Assembly: GCA_013239625.1 (NCBI GenBank)
Contig: MU054308.1
Span: 231,356 to 295,355 of the forward strand
Length of the DNA: 64,000 nt
Direction: 5' to 3'
Source of the DNA: Lama guanicoe
Taxonomy: Eukaryota
Shown here piece after piece: positions 50,293 to 64,000 of the stretch. The notes under the pieces were generated by a model. It was not told the origin of the DNA and did no database searches. It worked only from the letters and a program-made list of their open reading frames with translations. Each line of letters opens with the position of its first letter. Position 1 is the first letter of the stretch. Both the position numbers and the translations under genes were made by a program.

Positions 50293-53200
50293 TGATTTTT
50301 TTTAAACTTTACTTTCTTAGTATTCAGAGGTTAGAGGCCTCTAATACTTCTTCTGGATGCTTGTCCATGAACCTGTAAATCTATAATTAATGGACAAAAC
50401 TTGGTTTATTAAAAAAATCAATAGAATATTCTGCAATCCATCCAAAAGGAAATGCTCATTGACTTAAAATGTTTCTCCTTTATGGTGATTTCTACTTTTT
50501 GGTATAGATTAATTTATTAACAGCCATCCTCATCATCCTAATGACCAATCTCGCTATGAGTGGACATCTACCTAAAGCTAAAATGCTTTCCTCATGTTTT
50601 ACTTCATAGCAGGTGTTTGAGGGCAGGTATCCGTGTCTTCTTTTTTGCAGCTGAAGGATTGAGAGATGGGCCAGCTTGTCCCAAATCACACGCAGCTGAT
50701 GGTGGCAAGCTCGGTGCTGGAATCCAGGCTGCACAGGATGCAATCTCAATTGCTCCTCTAATCAGCCTCCCATTGAGTGGTTTCCCGAACTCCTGTGAGT
50801 CCATAAATGACCGATTTTAGCGATCTCAGCCTGATGAGGTCTTCAAAGGAGAGACACCAGTGAGAATGTGAGACAGAGGGCATAAATTAAAATTTTACAT
50901 TTTCACAAATGTTTTATTCTCAGGTAATGACTTAAAAAAGTAGTATCTTTTTTTATTTTAGTGCTTTGTAAGCACTAAAAACAAAACATTTAAAATAATT
51001 ATTGTGCAAAAGAGAAGTGGGCTTTGAAAGTCCAACTGTTACTAATGATGTTACTTGTTTTTCTCTACTGGCGCTTATTTACTGAAAAATTTCCAAAGAC
51101 TGAATTGGTTTTATGTAGTCTTGGTATGAAAGAAAAGATTGTCAGTGAGTTTTGTAAGTAAAATCCTAACTCTTTCTTTCCTGCTGATGAATATGTAAGT
51201 TGTTTTCATGGCTTAAGTACATTTCATCATTTGTGAAATTTGAGTAATATCGTTTACCTTGTTTGACTGTGATAGTTAGACGTCTTGTATACAAAGCCCA
51301 GTAGAGGTGCTTAATAAATATATGCTGTCACAATGACCGATACTTTAGAAGGATCAACTCTGAATACTGAAAAGTGTAGCTTATTTCTGATGCATATTCA
51401 ATATGTATATATATGATATATATAAATATAGCTTAAAGTAATAAGGATTCAGTTTTTTTTTTTTAGTGCAGTATGAAGTTTTAATGAAATCTGTATCATT
51501 GTAGTGAGACAGGGACTAGTTAAATTGCCTTAAGTAGACAACCTTGAAGATTATTTACACAGAATGTGTATTGTTACAACTCAGAATTCATGTTGCCGTG
51601 TAACCATTCACTCAGAAATTTAAATTCGTGGGATTCTGACCAGAACCATTAAGTTTAGAAAAATCCACATTGATCATTTTCAGGGAGTAAGCTTCTCTCT
51701 TTAGTGATTAAAGAAAAATTTGATTTCTTTTCTGCACTCTTAACAGGTTTTAAAATATCAAAATTTTGATTTGACATGTCAGTTTTTTAATAGAATAAAG
51801 CTCATGCAGTTTTAATATGTAAATAAATGTTTTTGAATTTCAACAATCTTATTTGATTTCCTGGCTCTTTGAGAAGCATTTTGCAAGATACTTAGATTAC
51901 CTACTGTTGGAAAAATACAGACGTGAATTTTATGAATATAGGCGTAGTACAGATCTGTTGGTTTTTGCTACAGTGAAAGACATGAGGCCGAGAAGAACTT
52001 TCCTGCTGACTGCCAGGAGGACAGATCCAAGTTCTCTGTCTCCCCTCCTGTAAAATGAAGTGGCTGGACTGGATTCTTTCCTCTTCTAAGATGAGTTTCC
52101 ATGAGTCTATGTCTTTTGTTTATATTCAGGAATAATAGCAATATCAGATTAAATACTGAATACCCCTCCCTTCCCCCGAAGCAAAGTGCAGTATGTGCTA
52201 CATAAGCTTTTAGTTATCTGACCCTCTTTCCTCATCCTACAGGCAATTTTTGTGTTGCATCTTTCACGGCAACCTGGAAGGTCTTTTTGGCCATAGGTGG
52301 AGCTGTTGCACATTCTTACAGTCTTAATTTTCCTGTTTGTAAAAGAAGGCTTAAACAACGTTATTTTATTTTGATTACTTTGCTTAATGCTTCAGAATAG
52401 CACAATGTCCATTATGTCTGTCTACCTGGAAAAATTGTTCTGCTTATATCTTAGTTTTATTCTGTCATCTCGCTGTGAAGATTTCAGACTTGCTGTGCAA
52501 ACAATGGCAAAATCGGGCTTTTCTTCCAGTGTTAGAAACCAGTGAGCCGGGATTTTATAAAAGAGCTAGAAGTGGCCTCTGGAGCAACTTAAAGCTAAAA
52601 ACTGTGTTGAGTTCTCTGAGTATTGGCCCCGCCGCTGTGTGTTAATTGGTGGGAGGTGATTTGGTACATATAGGAAGGGGTGTAGTTTTTTGATTTGGGT
52701 TTGTGTGCACGTGCTGCCACTGAACCACGTAAGCCTGAGTCATTTCATTCTGAATTTTTCCCTCGTCTGTGAAATGGGGACGCTCATATCTGCTTTGTAG
52801 AATTGTGAGAATTAGTAATTATGTAACATGTTTAACACAGTGGGTATGTCAAGAGAGCTCATAAACTTTAGCTGCTGTTTTGTGTGAAGCCACCATTTGA
52901 GAGTCTTTGGCAATTACTAAGAAACAGGAAAATAAGAAAAGCTGGTTTTATGATGAAAGATATTTGAGGAGGTTCCATAATTCCTATACCCATAATTTAG
53001 CATCAGCAGAGTCAGAAGGGTTACACAGTCACCCTGAACCAACGTTAAGCCACAGAATTTTTTGTTACTTCATATATATTGGGGCCTAAGAGGATCGAAT
53101 ACTTATACACATGTTGTCTCCAGCAGCTAAATGAGAGATGACACAAAAGACTAGGCCGGCGATACATGTCTTCTTTGTTACTGATGAAGCCACGTTCTCC

Positions 53201-53679
53201 ATGAACTTGAGGGCTGTAGGTAAATGAGTGTCATGATACTGTATCCCAGAAGTAGAGACTTACCCTGTCCCAGGTATCTCTGGACCACAGCGAGCCTTCC
53301 CTTGGGAGGATCTGCCCCATCATGCACAGGGCTGTTCTGCCATGGAGCTGAGCATCTCGGGTGCTTCCTAAGGGTGGCCAACACTCGAGGGAAAGGAAGG
53401 GTTTCACATGCCCTGCTTGTCTCCCCGTACTCACACCTCACTCTGTTAGTGTGAGGAGGGCTAGCTGTGGGCCAGGGGTCAGGGGTGTGAAGTGAGAAGC
53501 ACTCTCCATGTCCCAGAGGAGTGGGGAGGAGGCATCCCATCCTTCAGTTTAAACAGTTGGTGGGATGGAACAGAAGGGTGCACCCCAAGAGTTTATAAAA
53601 GGAGAAATAAGGATTTTCTTTGGGAGTAAGTCTATCCAGGAAACACAGAAGATGATTAGAACGGAGACTTGTAAACCAC

Positions 53680-53910
53680 TGTAATATTAAGTTGACATTT
53701 GTTGAGCACCAAAAATGTGCTACATTCTTTTCTGAACGTTTTACAGAAATGAATCCTTCAATCTTCTCAACAAGCGAGTAAGGAAGGTTTGATTGTTATC
53801 CCAGTTTTACAGTGTGGAATTTGAGGCACACAGAGGGTAAGTTGGCCAAGGTCACAGAATTAGTAAGTGACAGAGCTGGTATATAAACCCTGGCTGTCTG
53901 GTTTTGAGGC
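53680..53910 (-). mobile_element. MIR SINE
   Basis: 'catttgttgagcacc...ccagttttacag...gaggcac...ccaaggtcacagaattagtaagtgacagagctgg'. Confidence 0.85.
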
Positions 53911-54441
53911 TCCCAGAATGGGCTTTGGGTGTTTAGATATATCTCTATCCCTGGATTTCTGTTCGTCTGTGCATCAGTTAGCCCAGAAAGGACAGAGAAA
54001 GGAGAGTTACATAGGTGCTCACAGTCCTGTCTTGGCCACTGTTCATGAAGAGTGCACCATGATTAGCGTTAATTGTTTTCCAGGCAGTAGATGTATTGTT
54101 ATAACAGAAATTTAGTCCATTGAATTAATCTAGAAACCGTTCCTGCTCTGCTTGTATCCACGCTTGCCATGTGACTGCCTGCCCGTGATTGGGCCTTTGA
54201 GAACATTTACTCATGGTTGAACTCTGATATCACAGTCTGGTTCATAGCTTCACGTATTCTGTTACATTAATAAGTTAAGTTTCTGGTTTTCTTGTATCAG
54301 TGTCTCATGAGTTTGGTTAATGTGAAACCAGTCCTTGGGAGCCCAGGGGTAATGACGGTATAATTTCTTAGCACGTTGTGGCACTTCTAGCCGTGCAGAC
54401 CTGACTGGAGGATGTACGCCTTCCTCACTGATTTCCCCCAA

Positions 54442-54460
54442 NNNNNNNNNNNNNNNNNNN
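54442..54460. other. Assembly gap
   Basis: N run. Confidence 1.
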
Positions 54461-55339
54461 CCCCCGGATGCTGGGAGCTGTCTGAGAAGGCCAGTCAGAG
54501 GCCAAGTTCACCAATCAGAAAATGATGAAGTACCTGGAAGTGGGTTTAATAGAAGTAAAGGGTTTCCAGGTAGTCCGATGGGCTGTTCGAATATTTTGGT
54601 GAGAAGCTGCCCACTGTCTGTGGTTGAGCGGCTTCTTTGCTGTTGAAAATTCTGGATTAGTTGAAGGGATTTTAAAAATCAGAAAGGAGTGATTTCAGGT
54701 GGTACATCCACACCGGTGAAAAGTGATGGATGACCGCCTGTGTGAGGCATAGACAGAGTTTTACAAACTTCATAAAACAGCTTTAAAAGCTCTGCCATCT
54801 GAGTGTACTTCATTAGGGGTCCAGATCATCACTGGCCATGCTGTGAGGACAAGTAACTGATGATGGCAGAAAGGACACGTAGGCATCAAAAAGGTCTCAG
54901 TCATGTTCCCTATTTAAAGGATGTTGCACAGTGTAATATAATTGAGCTGGCTTTTCACTGAACAATTTTTAGTGTTTTCTGGGACTCCCCAGTTCCCCAA
55001 GGTTCCATGCAGCTGGGTGTCCCCTAAGTGCAGCTCTGTCAGCGCTTGCCCTGGGGTGACGTGGTGTCACGGGGAGCAGGGCAGTCAGCGTCCCCTGCTC
55101 CTACCTCCGAGCTCCGTCTCCTCATCCGCAGAGCCGGGTTTCTCATCCGTGTCTACTTAGTAGGGTTACTGAGAATCACACGTGATGGTTGTCAGGTGTG
55201 ATTTGTGGTTGTCTCTGTGATTGGCATATAGTCAATATTTGATAGAAACACTTGTTTTTTTATTGTAATTGTGGCTCCTAGATTGCAGTGGTTTTTAGTG
55301 TGTATTTTTTTATAACTTTATTTTTATTTTTAAATATGC

Positions 55340-55437
55340 CCTTATTTTTATTTATTTTTTGGAGGTACTGGGGACTGAATCCAGGACATTGTACATGGTA
55401 AGCAGGTGGTCTACAACTGAGTAACACCCACCCTCCT
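55340..55437 (-). mobile_element. tRNA-derived SINE (Vic-1-like)
   Basis: 'ggaggtactggggactgaatccaggacattgtacatggtaagcaggtggtctacaactgag'. Confidence 0.8.
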
Positions 55438-58400
55438 TGTCTGCACTTAAAAATAAATATTGCAATACACAAAATAGCTCTTAAACACCATCATGGGACC
55501 TAGTCTCTGTATAGGCAATTGAACTCGCATTCTATTTCAATAAGAATAAATGTTGGGATATACCTCTCTGAATCTGTTAATGTGCTAAAAAATGATCATA
55601 GCTAGTGATAAACACGAGACTTAGATCCAGTACTTCTTAGGGTCTGTATTGCCATCATAGGAAATTACATTCTACAGAGAAGGCTAATTGGGTCTCTTTG
55701 ATATTTGGATGGTTTAGCAGATGATCAACAGTTTCAAAAGCTGACAGTTTTGTATTTTAAACTAACTACAAAGTTACCTTCTAGAAGTTGGAAGTCCTAA
55801 GCTTGTGAAGTGCCCAGTACTCCAGGGGGAATATGTCTGTGTCTGTGTGAATGATTGCGTGTGTGATTTCAGGAAGGTAGAAAGAAGTTCCATATAGACT
55901 TCTGATACCTTTCTTCTCTAGTTTAAGATGTAGGCATATATTTACACAAATAAATTGATATTCTTTTGTCATTTGGCGTATTGGTGGGAATGTCGTTCTC
56001 ATACTTGTTTCAGAAGGGTTTGGAAGCATGAGCTTAGAAAATGGGAGGAGAAAGAGGCAGGGAGGCACTTCACACTTTATGCAGGATATGAGAAACATTA
56101 GCTTTTCTTTTCTCTTTTCTTCTAAAGCAAACTGGCACTGAATTGTATCATACTATTACTCAGAATTGCTTTTCTAATCAGATACAAGTGCCTGAGATTT
56201 TTCAAGGCAACATGAATGATGAAATGTGTTTTAGCATTTATCTTTAAAAGTAGTTTTGTTTTTCAAGTAAAAGGCTATAGCCTGTTTTTTCTTCCAGCGG
56301 TACACGAAGTTCTCTTTGATCTAAGTACATGATCTATGTGCTTAGTTTCTTTGGGTTTTTTGTTTTTTTAAGTGCTTGTTTCATTGTAGTGTGAATGAAT
56401 GTTTAAAATTTCTGGATTTTTATCTTTAGAACATGCTGATTTATCAGAACTGTTAAAAACCTGATTGTTCTTTGGTCCTTGTTTGATGGGGCCTCCTATT
56501 GATTACTGTTGTCTGTTACAGAGGGAAATTCTTCCTCTAGCCAGCAGATCATTAAGTGAATGGTTTGCAGTGTGCCTTTAAATTTCATTGAATGCATTGA
56601 ACATGATTGTCCAGTGAATTTTGAATTGACTCATAATAATGACTTTGTTTCTGTGGCTTTTGCTTCTCTCCACAAGAGTTTGAATTCTCTGTTGCATTTT
56701 GTATACGTGTTCTTCACAGGGGAAGAAATTTTTCATTTTTTACAGAGGTGGGTTTTCCTAACCCCACTGAATGCCTTCTGTAATTGATACAACAAAAATC
56801 TGTTTTTGCAGTGCATAATTATTTCATAAACTAGTTTTTGTCTTAATCAGAAACAATGACAGAGTGATAATAAAAAATAGGAAAACCTTCTTTCCTTTGA
56901 AGAATAGAAATCAGGTGGTCAGGCTCACCCATGCTTTGTGCCTGACACACTTACTCTCATGTCATTGTGTATCATGATTCGGAGATGGAGTTGCTTCAGG
57001 TTTATAGATTTTTGTTTTAACATTTGTGTTGAATTCTTTCTCCAGGCTGATGTATCCTGTTGGGTTTCTTGAAAGTGTATAAGGGAAACAAATGTTTTTT
57101 TTGTTTTCTGGTGGCCTGAGTTGCTGATGATAAAGAGTTGAGGGTGGGCTGAGGAACAAATGACACTCCCTCTACTCCCAGCTGAAATTGATGAACAATG
57201 ATATCAATTAATTGTATCGATATTTGACCAATAGAAGTTAGCGAGAGCAAACTGTCTAGTTATACCCAAAGAAAGTACTGAATTCACCTGCAGAGTTAGG
57301 TGCTTTACCAAGTAGAAGCAGCTTACAGCAATCAGAAAAAACAGTACTATGATGAGATATAAAATGAATATAATATCTTTTATTTCTGAAACTTTTCTAC
57401 GTTAAGTTGTGTAGAGCTAAAATTAAGTTTCAAGCACCAGGAATTAAGAATGTGGGTGGTTCTGTAGGATCGTTATTCAGGGATGTACCTAGACCCTGCT
57501 AGAGTGGCTGCAGCTGGCAGGAAAAGGCCCAGAGCCAGGATTTGTCACCCTAGGGTGTCCTCCATAATGGTTCCATGTGGGAGCCCATGATTGGGTTAAC
57601 AAATTTTAACAAACCCCAGCCGCCTGTCAACTTTAAGAAGAAAAAAATATGCTTAGTAACTGCTTTGCAAGCAAGCGCCTGTGCAATCTCACTTCTGTCT
57701 CCTTGCCTTAAAAAGTAGAGACAATGCTTTCCTTGCGTACTTGAGGTTTTAGATAGCACTCTGCTCATTGCAAAGCAAGGACCCAGGCCTTCAGCTATAA
57801 ACGCTGGGCTTGTGTGCAGTTAAGTAGTCTATTATTCCCAAAACAAGGACCTAGCTGGTCTGGTGGTCCGCTTTGTAATTCACATGTCTAAAGAATTTAT
57901 CTTATTTCCTCACCCCATGACTTCCCTAAAGATACACTAAGCCTTTGTACTCATGGTGGATTCTGCAATCTCTGTCTCATCCCATCTTTCCCCATGTTCC
58001 TGCTTACTATCACACAACTGTTAATGAGTATTTACTTTGATTATACACAATAAATAAGGGAGAATTTGAGAGGCTCGTGGAGTTGGCTCCCTACTCCCTC
58101 TTGCTTTCTTGACTTTTTCCACAGAGTCTTGAGTAATCATTCCCTGTAGGTAAGACTTCTGCCAGCCAGAACCCACAGTTCCAGGTGAGAAGGATGCAGG
58201 CTTTATCTCTCCTACCCGAGGGAGAGAGAGTAGAGAATTGAGATCTGCTCCTCTGTGGTCACTTCCTGCCCCAGGGCCACTCCAGTTCACCTGCAGCCTT
58301 CTGGCCTCTGCTCACAGGGCCTCTGTCCCAGGACTGACCTCAGCCTTTTCTTCCTTGGTCAACATTTCCTGTTCCTTTCAGATCTTGGTCTCTTCTCTGC

Positions 58401-58519
58401 AATACAACCCTGGCAGATGTGATGGTGGTCAGCGTGCTGGTGGGCAGTCACTTGGGGACTGCCAGGAGCCATGCTGATTCTCCTGAGTCTCTCATTCGGG
58501 GTTACAGAACTGTCGAGCA

Positions 58520-58757
58520 NNNNNNNNNNNNNNNNNNNNNNNNNNNNNNNNNNNNNNNNNNNNNNNNNNNNNNNNNNNNNNNNNNNNNNNNNNNNNNNNN
58601 NNNNNNNNNNNNNNNNNNNNNNNNNNNNNNNNNNNNNNNNNNNNNNNNNNNNNNNNNNNNNNNNNNNNNNNNNNNNNNNNNNNNNNNNNNNNNNNNNNNN
58701 NNNNNNNNNNNNNNNNNNNNNNNNNNNNNNNNNNNNNNNNNNNNNNNNNNNNNNNNN
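58520..58757. other. Assembly gap
   Basis: N run. Confidence 1.
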
Positions 58758-58994
58758 CGAATCCTTGTACATTTGAAGCAGAATGCTTCTTCGTGATGTC
58801 AAGCTGATTTTCCTATTTCTGAATATTTCTTGTACACTCAGCAACTGTTTCAAGTGAAATGCTCTTGTCCAATTTCAGTTTACCCACATTTGCTGATCTA
58901 CTGCTTTCATGCTGAAGGCAGTTTCTTCTTCCTGAAATAAAATGTAGCAATTTGTATTTACTATTTGAAGGTACTGGCCCTAGGTGCTTTTGTC

Positions 58995-60030
58995 CTTAAC
59001 AGTTTTAATATAATTCACCCATTAAAATGTACAGCGGTTTTTACTCTGTGCCCAGAATTGTGCATCGCAGTCAATCTTAGAATATTTTCATCCCCCAACA
59101 GGAAGCCCCGTACGCATAAGCAGACATTCCCATCTTCCCCATCCTCCCCCAGCCCCAGGCAGCCGCTGTTCTCTCTCTGTGGATTTGCCTGTTTTGGACA
59201 TTTTATGTAGAACGAGTCATTTCATGTAAATGGAACCATCTATTGTGACTGACTTCTTTCACACTGAGTAACGTTTTCAATGTTTGTCCACGTTGCGGCC
59301 TGGGTCAGTACTCTATGCTTTGCTATTGCTGAATTATATTCTACTGTATATCTGGGCCCCACTGTTTACCCATTCATCAGGTGATAGTCATTTGTATTGT
59401 TTCTGCTTTTTGGCTGTGATGAGTAATGGCGCCGTGAATATTCCTGTAGGAGTTTTTATGTGGACATTTGTTTTCAGTTCTCTTACGTGTGTGACCAGAG
59501 AGGAGAAATGCTTGGTCATTCATAAACCAAATGTTCAACTCTCTGAGGACCTGCCAGGCCGTTTTCCAAAGTGGCCAAGCAGCGTTATGTCCTCACCAGC
59601 AAGGGCTGCGCGCTCCGCTTCCTCTGTGTCCTCATTAGTGCTTGTTACTCTTTTTTTTATTATAACCTATTGTAGTGAGTGTGAAGCGGTTTCTCCTAGT
59701 GGTTTTGACTTGTTTTCCTTTACAGCTAATGATATTGAACATTGTTTGATTGTGCTTATTGGCCACTTGTATATTTTCTTTGAAAAATACATCTTCAGAT
59801 CCTTTATTCAATTTTTAATTAAGTTCCGATTTTATTGTTGAGTTGTAGGAGTTTTTCTTTTTATTTGAAGATACAAATTCCTAATCAGATAAATGATTTG
59901 AAAAAATTTTCTCCTGTTTGTTTTTTTTTTCACTTTCTGTGTGGTGTCCTTTGAAGCAAAGTTTTACATTTTGATGAATTCCAATTAATCACTGTTTTCT
60001 TTGTTCCTTGTGCTTTTGGGGTAATATTTA
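58995..60030 (-). mobile_element. L1MB-type LINE 3' portion
   Basis: 'aattcacccattaaaatgtacag...ggatttgcctgttttggacatttt...ttcctttacagctaatgatattgaacat'. Confidence 0.9.
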
Positions 60031-61564
60031 AAATCTGAAGTATTTTATTTAAACTTTTATATATAAAATAACTTAATTCTTAGGACCGTTCTAGGAGACG
60101 GGTGCTGTTGTTGTCCCCAGCCTATGGATTGGAGACTGAGATGCAGAAAATTTCACTGACATATCAGTGTCACACTTACCCAGTGCTGTGGGAGCTCAGA
60201 ACCTCATGTTTGTCCCCAGCATCTGTGCTTTTCACCACCATGCTCCACTACTGCCTGGAATCGTTAATGAAAAACTCTTACCTTTTTTGATTTCTTGTTA
60301 GTTTGTTTTCTCATTTGGGACCTCATCTCCTCATTTTCCTTGCAGAGATTAGTGTAGGTTTATTTTAGGACTCATGTAGGCGGAAGCATTGCTATCAGTT
60401 TAATTCTTTATTGCTAAGTCTCCAGTGATGATTGTTCCTAGTTGACCTAATCAATTCATGCTCAAGTCTTTCCTGCTCATGACACTAAAAACAGAGTCAT
60501 GACTTACAGAATGCTCAAAGAAGAAAGTACTTGAGTGATTTTATTTTTCAAACCAATCAAACCAATCAAATAAGAACCCCAGTGTTGGCACATATTATAA
60601 GCCCTCCAGAATAGGGTCACTGCCTTCCTTGTGTTTCATTTGTTTTGTCACAGTGTCTGGATAGTGCCTTGCTGTCCAGAAGTTTTGTGAGGATATGGTG
60701 CTCGTGAATCATTGTAAGGACAGAATTTTGACAAGAGACTGTGTTGTTCATTTCACAAGGGAAAAGATCATATAGAAATACTGCTAAGATTTATTTTAAA
60801 ATTAAGCTTGGAATTTTGAGTAGAGTTCAAGAAACCAAACAAAGCTCTTTTTCACTAATTTTAGATCTATCTTAGACAAATTATGTTTACATAGCAGAGT
60901 AACTTATCAACTAGATTTGACAAGAGGAGTGTATTAGTGATTATTTCTTTTAGTTGAAATATTCTACCTGGGATAAAATAATCAGTGCCCATAAATGAAC
61001 AAATATGTTTATATTTCTATGCAACATGGGAGCAGACTTCATATATTTCTGTATAATATATATGACTGTGTGTTTTAATCTCTGTCACTGTTTTTATAGT
61101 TTTTCAGCAATGTTGTAACTTTAGAATTCTTCTAAGAAAATCACCCCCGATTCTAGTGCAGTTTGTACTGTGTATCCTGTCTTATGCATGGGATTCCACT
61201 GTCTCATCTGTGAGGAATTTCCTCTCCTACTCAAGTTTTCATTGTTCAATTAGAATTTTTGAAAATAACTATTAATATGTTGCATTGGTCTCCCTAGAAT
61301 CTTGATGTGTTTGTAATTTTTAGTTTTCAATTTATGAAAAATGTAAATGCACTCTTTTTTTAAGTAGTCATTTTTCACTAGATATTTGTTTATTTCTTTA
61401 TAGTTAAAATATTTTTTTCCAAATGAATGAATTGGTGTGCATGTTTTAAAAGATATCTTACTTTTTATTTTTCTTATAGTAGCAGTTATATTTATTGTAG
61501 AGAATTTAGAAAATAAGGATAAACACAATAATAACTTAAAAATTGCCTCTAACCTCACCTGGAG

Positions 61565-61870
61565 ATACAGTTGTAAGGTTTGAAATTGAGAATTACAAGT
61601 CCTCTCAACTTGTTCTTCTTTTTCAAGTACATTTTTGTTACTGAGACCCTCGAATTCTCATATAAATTGTAGCAGCAGCTAGTCAGTTTCTGCAGAGGAG
61701 CCTGCTGGGATTGTGATCGAAACCACGTTGTATGTATGGATCGCTGTGTGGCGCACTGCCATTCCAAGAGCGCTGTCTTCTGATCCAGGAATATGCGTGG
61801 TGTGTCTGTCAAGGTATTTAGGTCTTCTTTAATTTTTTTCAACAATGCTTTGAGTTTACAGAGCATTATT
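61565..61870 (-). mobile_element. L1 ORF2 fragment
   Basis: Minus strand LKALLKKIKEDLN...LYENSR...KKKNKLRGLVILNFK resembles L1 ORF2. Confidence 0.8.
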
Positions 61871-64000
61871 TTACTTTTTTTCTTTGCCTTTATACTGAGG
61901 ACAAGTGTGCAAGGTACCAGGATCAGAAGTGCATTTGAGCCCCGCCACTTGCTGCCACCATGGACGCTGCAATCTTCTTTGCCCTCTGTACAATCTTGCA
62001 CAAAATAGGACCTCAGTAACTCTCTCTTGAATGAATGAAAATATGATTGTTGAAAGATGCTTGAGAGTCCTTGTGATGTTGTCTTTTTCGCAGCCTTTCC
62101 CCTCTTCTTAACTATGCCCTTTCCCTTCCTTTCCTCCAGTCTGGTTTTGAGCCTGACTGTGGCATCGATTTTCCCTGTCTGTAGACTCTTCCTTTCACTG
62201 GTTCACGATAATGTTACATGGGTGCTGTGGAAACTTTTTAGATGACAAGAAAGAGCCAATCCATTGCATGCTAGTATTTTTAGAGTGTGTTATTCTTTCA
62301 TCAATTGAAATTAAATCAGGCTGACCCCCTGAGCCCTCCCATGAGCTCTTTCCACCTTCCTACAGGTCATACTGCTCTGGTTGCTGCATGTGCCCTGCCC
62401 CCAGCCTTGGCTTTGGAGTTGAGTAAATCACCATCAGTGGAGCCCTCTCTTTAAAAGATGAAGAAAATTTTGCTCCTTCTCCCTCATTGGGGACTTGGAT
62501 GAGATGAGATAACAGATAAAGAATGGAGCCCCACCTCATTCTGAGCCCTGCTCTTTCCGTTCATTTCTCCAGGGGAAAAGAGTACAATTCAACAGTATAA
62601 TGTTTTATTGTGAGCTAATGAGATAGACAAGACAACCGAACATTTATTAAATATCCTTTCATGCCAGAAATAAATGTATTATACACACAAAAAGCACACA
62701 AAGCACGGGAGTACCGTGGTTACAAACGTGGGTCCGAGTTCTAGTCCTGCTCTGGAGTGACCAGTCCTGTGAGATGGAGAACTGGTAGCTCGGCTTAGCC
62801 TCTCCTGGACTTGTTTTCTGTCCTGCAGGGACAGGGCTCGCTAGGCGTCCCTCCCCCATAGAGATGCTGAGGGGTGTAAATGACTCGCGTGGGCAACCCG
62901 AGCACAGCTGCTCGTTCCTCATAAGTGCAGGATAGAATAGATTTGCCGAGACGGCTTTATGACCGCCCCGTTTAGACTCTCAGTGCTCCAAAGGGATGAT
63001 TTGTGGTTTGGAGATGGGGTTCTCACTTCTGTAAATACCCAATGATTGTGTTATTGGGCTCTTCTGATTTGAATCATTTCTTTAGAAAGTACATATTGTA
63101 GATATATTTTTCAAGCATGTGTGCTTTTTTCTTTTATTATTTATAGTTTTACCCTCTCATCTCTTTGTGTGACTTTTCATGGAATCCAGGAAACAGCCCT
63201 AAGCTACCTGCCTCTTCACACTTATCCATGGTGGTTTTCTTCCCTGACTAGAAGAGGGTTTTGCATAGGAAATTTTCTTTGTTCCCCTTTTCTTGGGGTC
63301 TCTCTGTCTGTCTGCCCATCTCTCACCTGTCCATCTGTCCATTTCTCTACCCACTCATTCTTCTGACTTGTTCCAAGAAGCACTTCAACTTCAGGCAGAG
63401 AAGAACAGATACCAAATAAACAGGTGAGAAAATGGGGCCAAGTTCAGACAGTGAGGCTAGGAGGCGAGTCTGTGTGAGGGTTGCAGGAGTGAGACACAAG
63501 CCTCTGCCCTGTGACTTATAAGATCGACAGCAAGAGTGTGCCTGAGGCTCCCACCAGACACAGGGAATCATGGTTTGTGGGAGATGCTTACTGGCTGTGA
63601 AATAAATAAGTTGCTTAGGAGAAGCCCAGCCTTTGCAGCTACTTAGGCTTAGGAGAATATTTTGAGTGTCTTCCGAAATCAGATTATTTCATCTTTTATT
63701 TTGTCAGAGTTCAACATATAGTTGATGACATTCTATTCCTGGAAATTTCTCCAAATCTCCTTCCCACATGAGTCCCATGGCTCGGGAATGGGGTGGTTCT
63801 GCTCATTGACTGCGTTTGGACATAAACAGGAAATGACAGCCTCCAAGGGGCCTGGGAATTGTCAGTTATGTTTTGTCAGTTCTGTAGATTTCAGAAAATG
63901 CTTTCACAGTTCCTCTCCATCTGAGGCGGCAGCACGCTCTCTTACCAGCATCAGGAGCTCAGGGCCACGGGATGGTGGGGGCTGACTGCACTGCCGTCAA

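Noticed and set aside
50640..50730. TRAPPC9 next exon (acceptor followed by CTGAAGGATTG)
   Set aside because: Downstream sequence does not translate to TRAPPC9 and fits a reverse MIR.
58359..58853. ORFs containing X runs
   Set aside because: They span an assembly gap.

Overview
Mammalian genomic DNA, probably camelid: it carries tRNA-derived SINEs resembling Vic-1, plus L1, L2, MIR, MLT/ERV LTRs and hAT-Charlie elements. I see no intact protein-coding gene. The window is a mosaic of intron-bearing (unprocessed), disabled copies of unrelated genes: POFUT2 exons 1-2 (- strand, 5070-6810), the MRAP2 last exon (+, 20667-21054) and the first two coding exons of TRAPPC9 (+, 39305-39875 and 48144-48254). 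An unidentified decayed exon pair lies antisense inside the TRAPPC9 intron (~40600-43468), and a small retrocopy sits inside an L2. These pieces are interleaved with three CpG-island promoter-like regions: ~6.5-7.4 kb (RFX X-box), ~16.7-18.85 kb (degenerate tandem array of splice-donor-bearing units) and ~34.4-35.2 kb (NRF1 site). Best hypothesis, by inference only: a germline non-coding 'pseudogene-trap' locus such as a pachytene piRNA cluster or chimeric lncRNA. Gene identities come from my recall of the human proteins, not database searches. Repeat boundaries and subfamilies are approximate.
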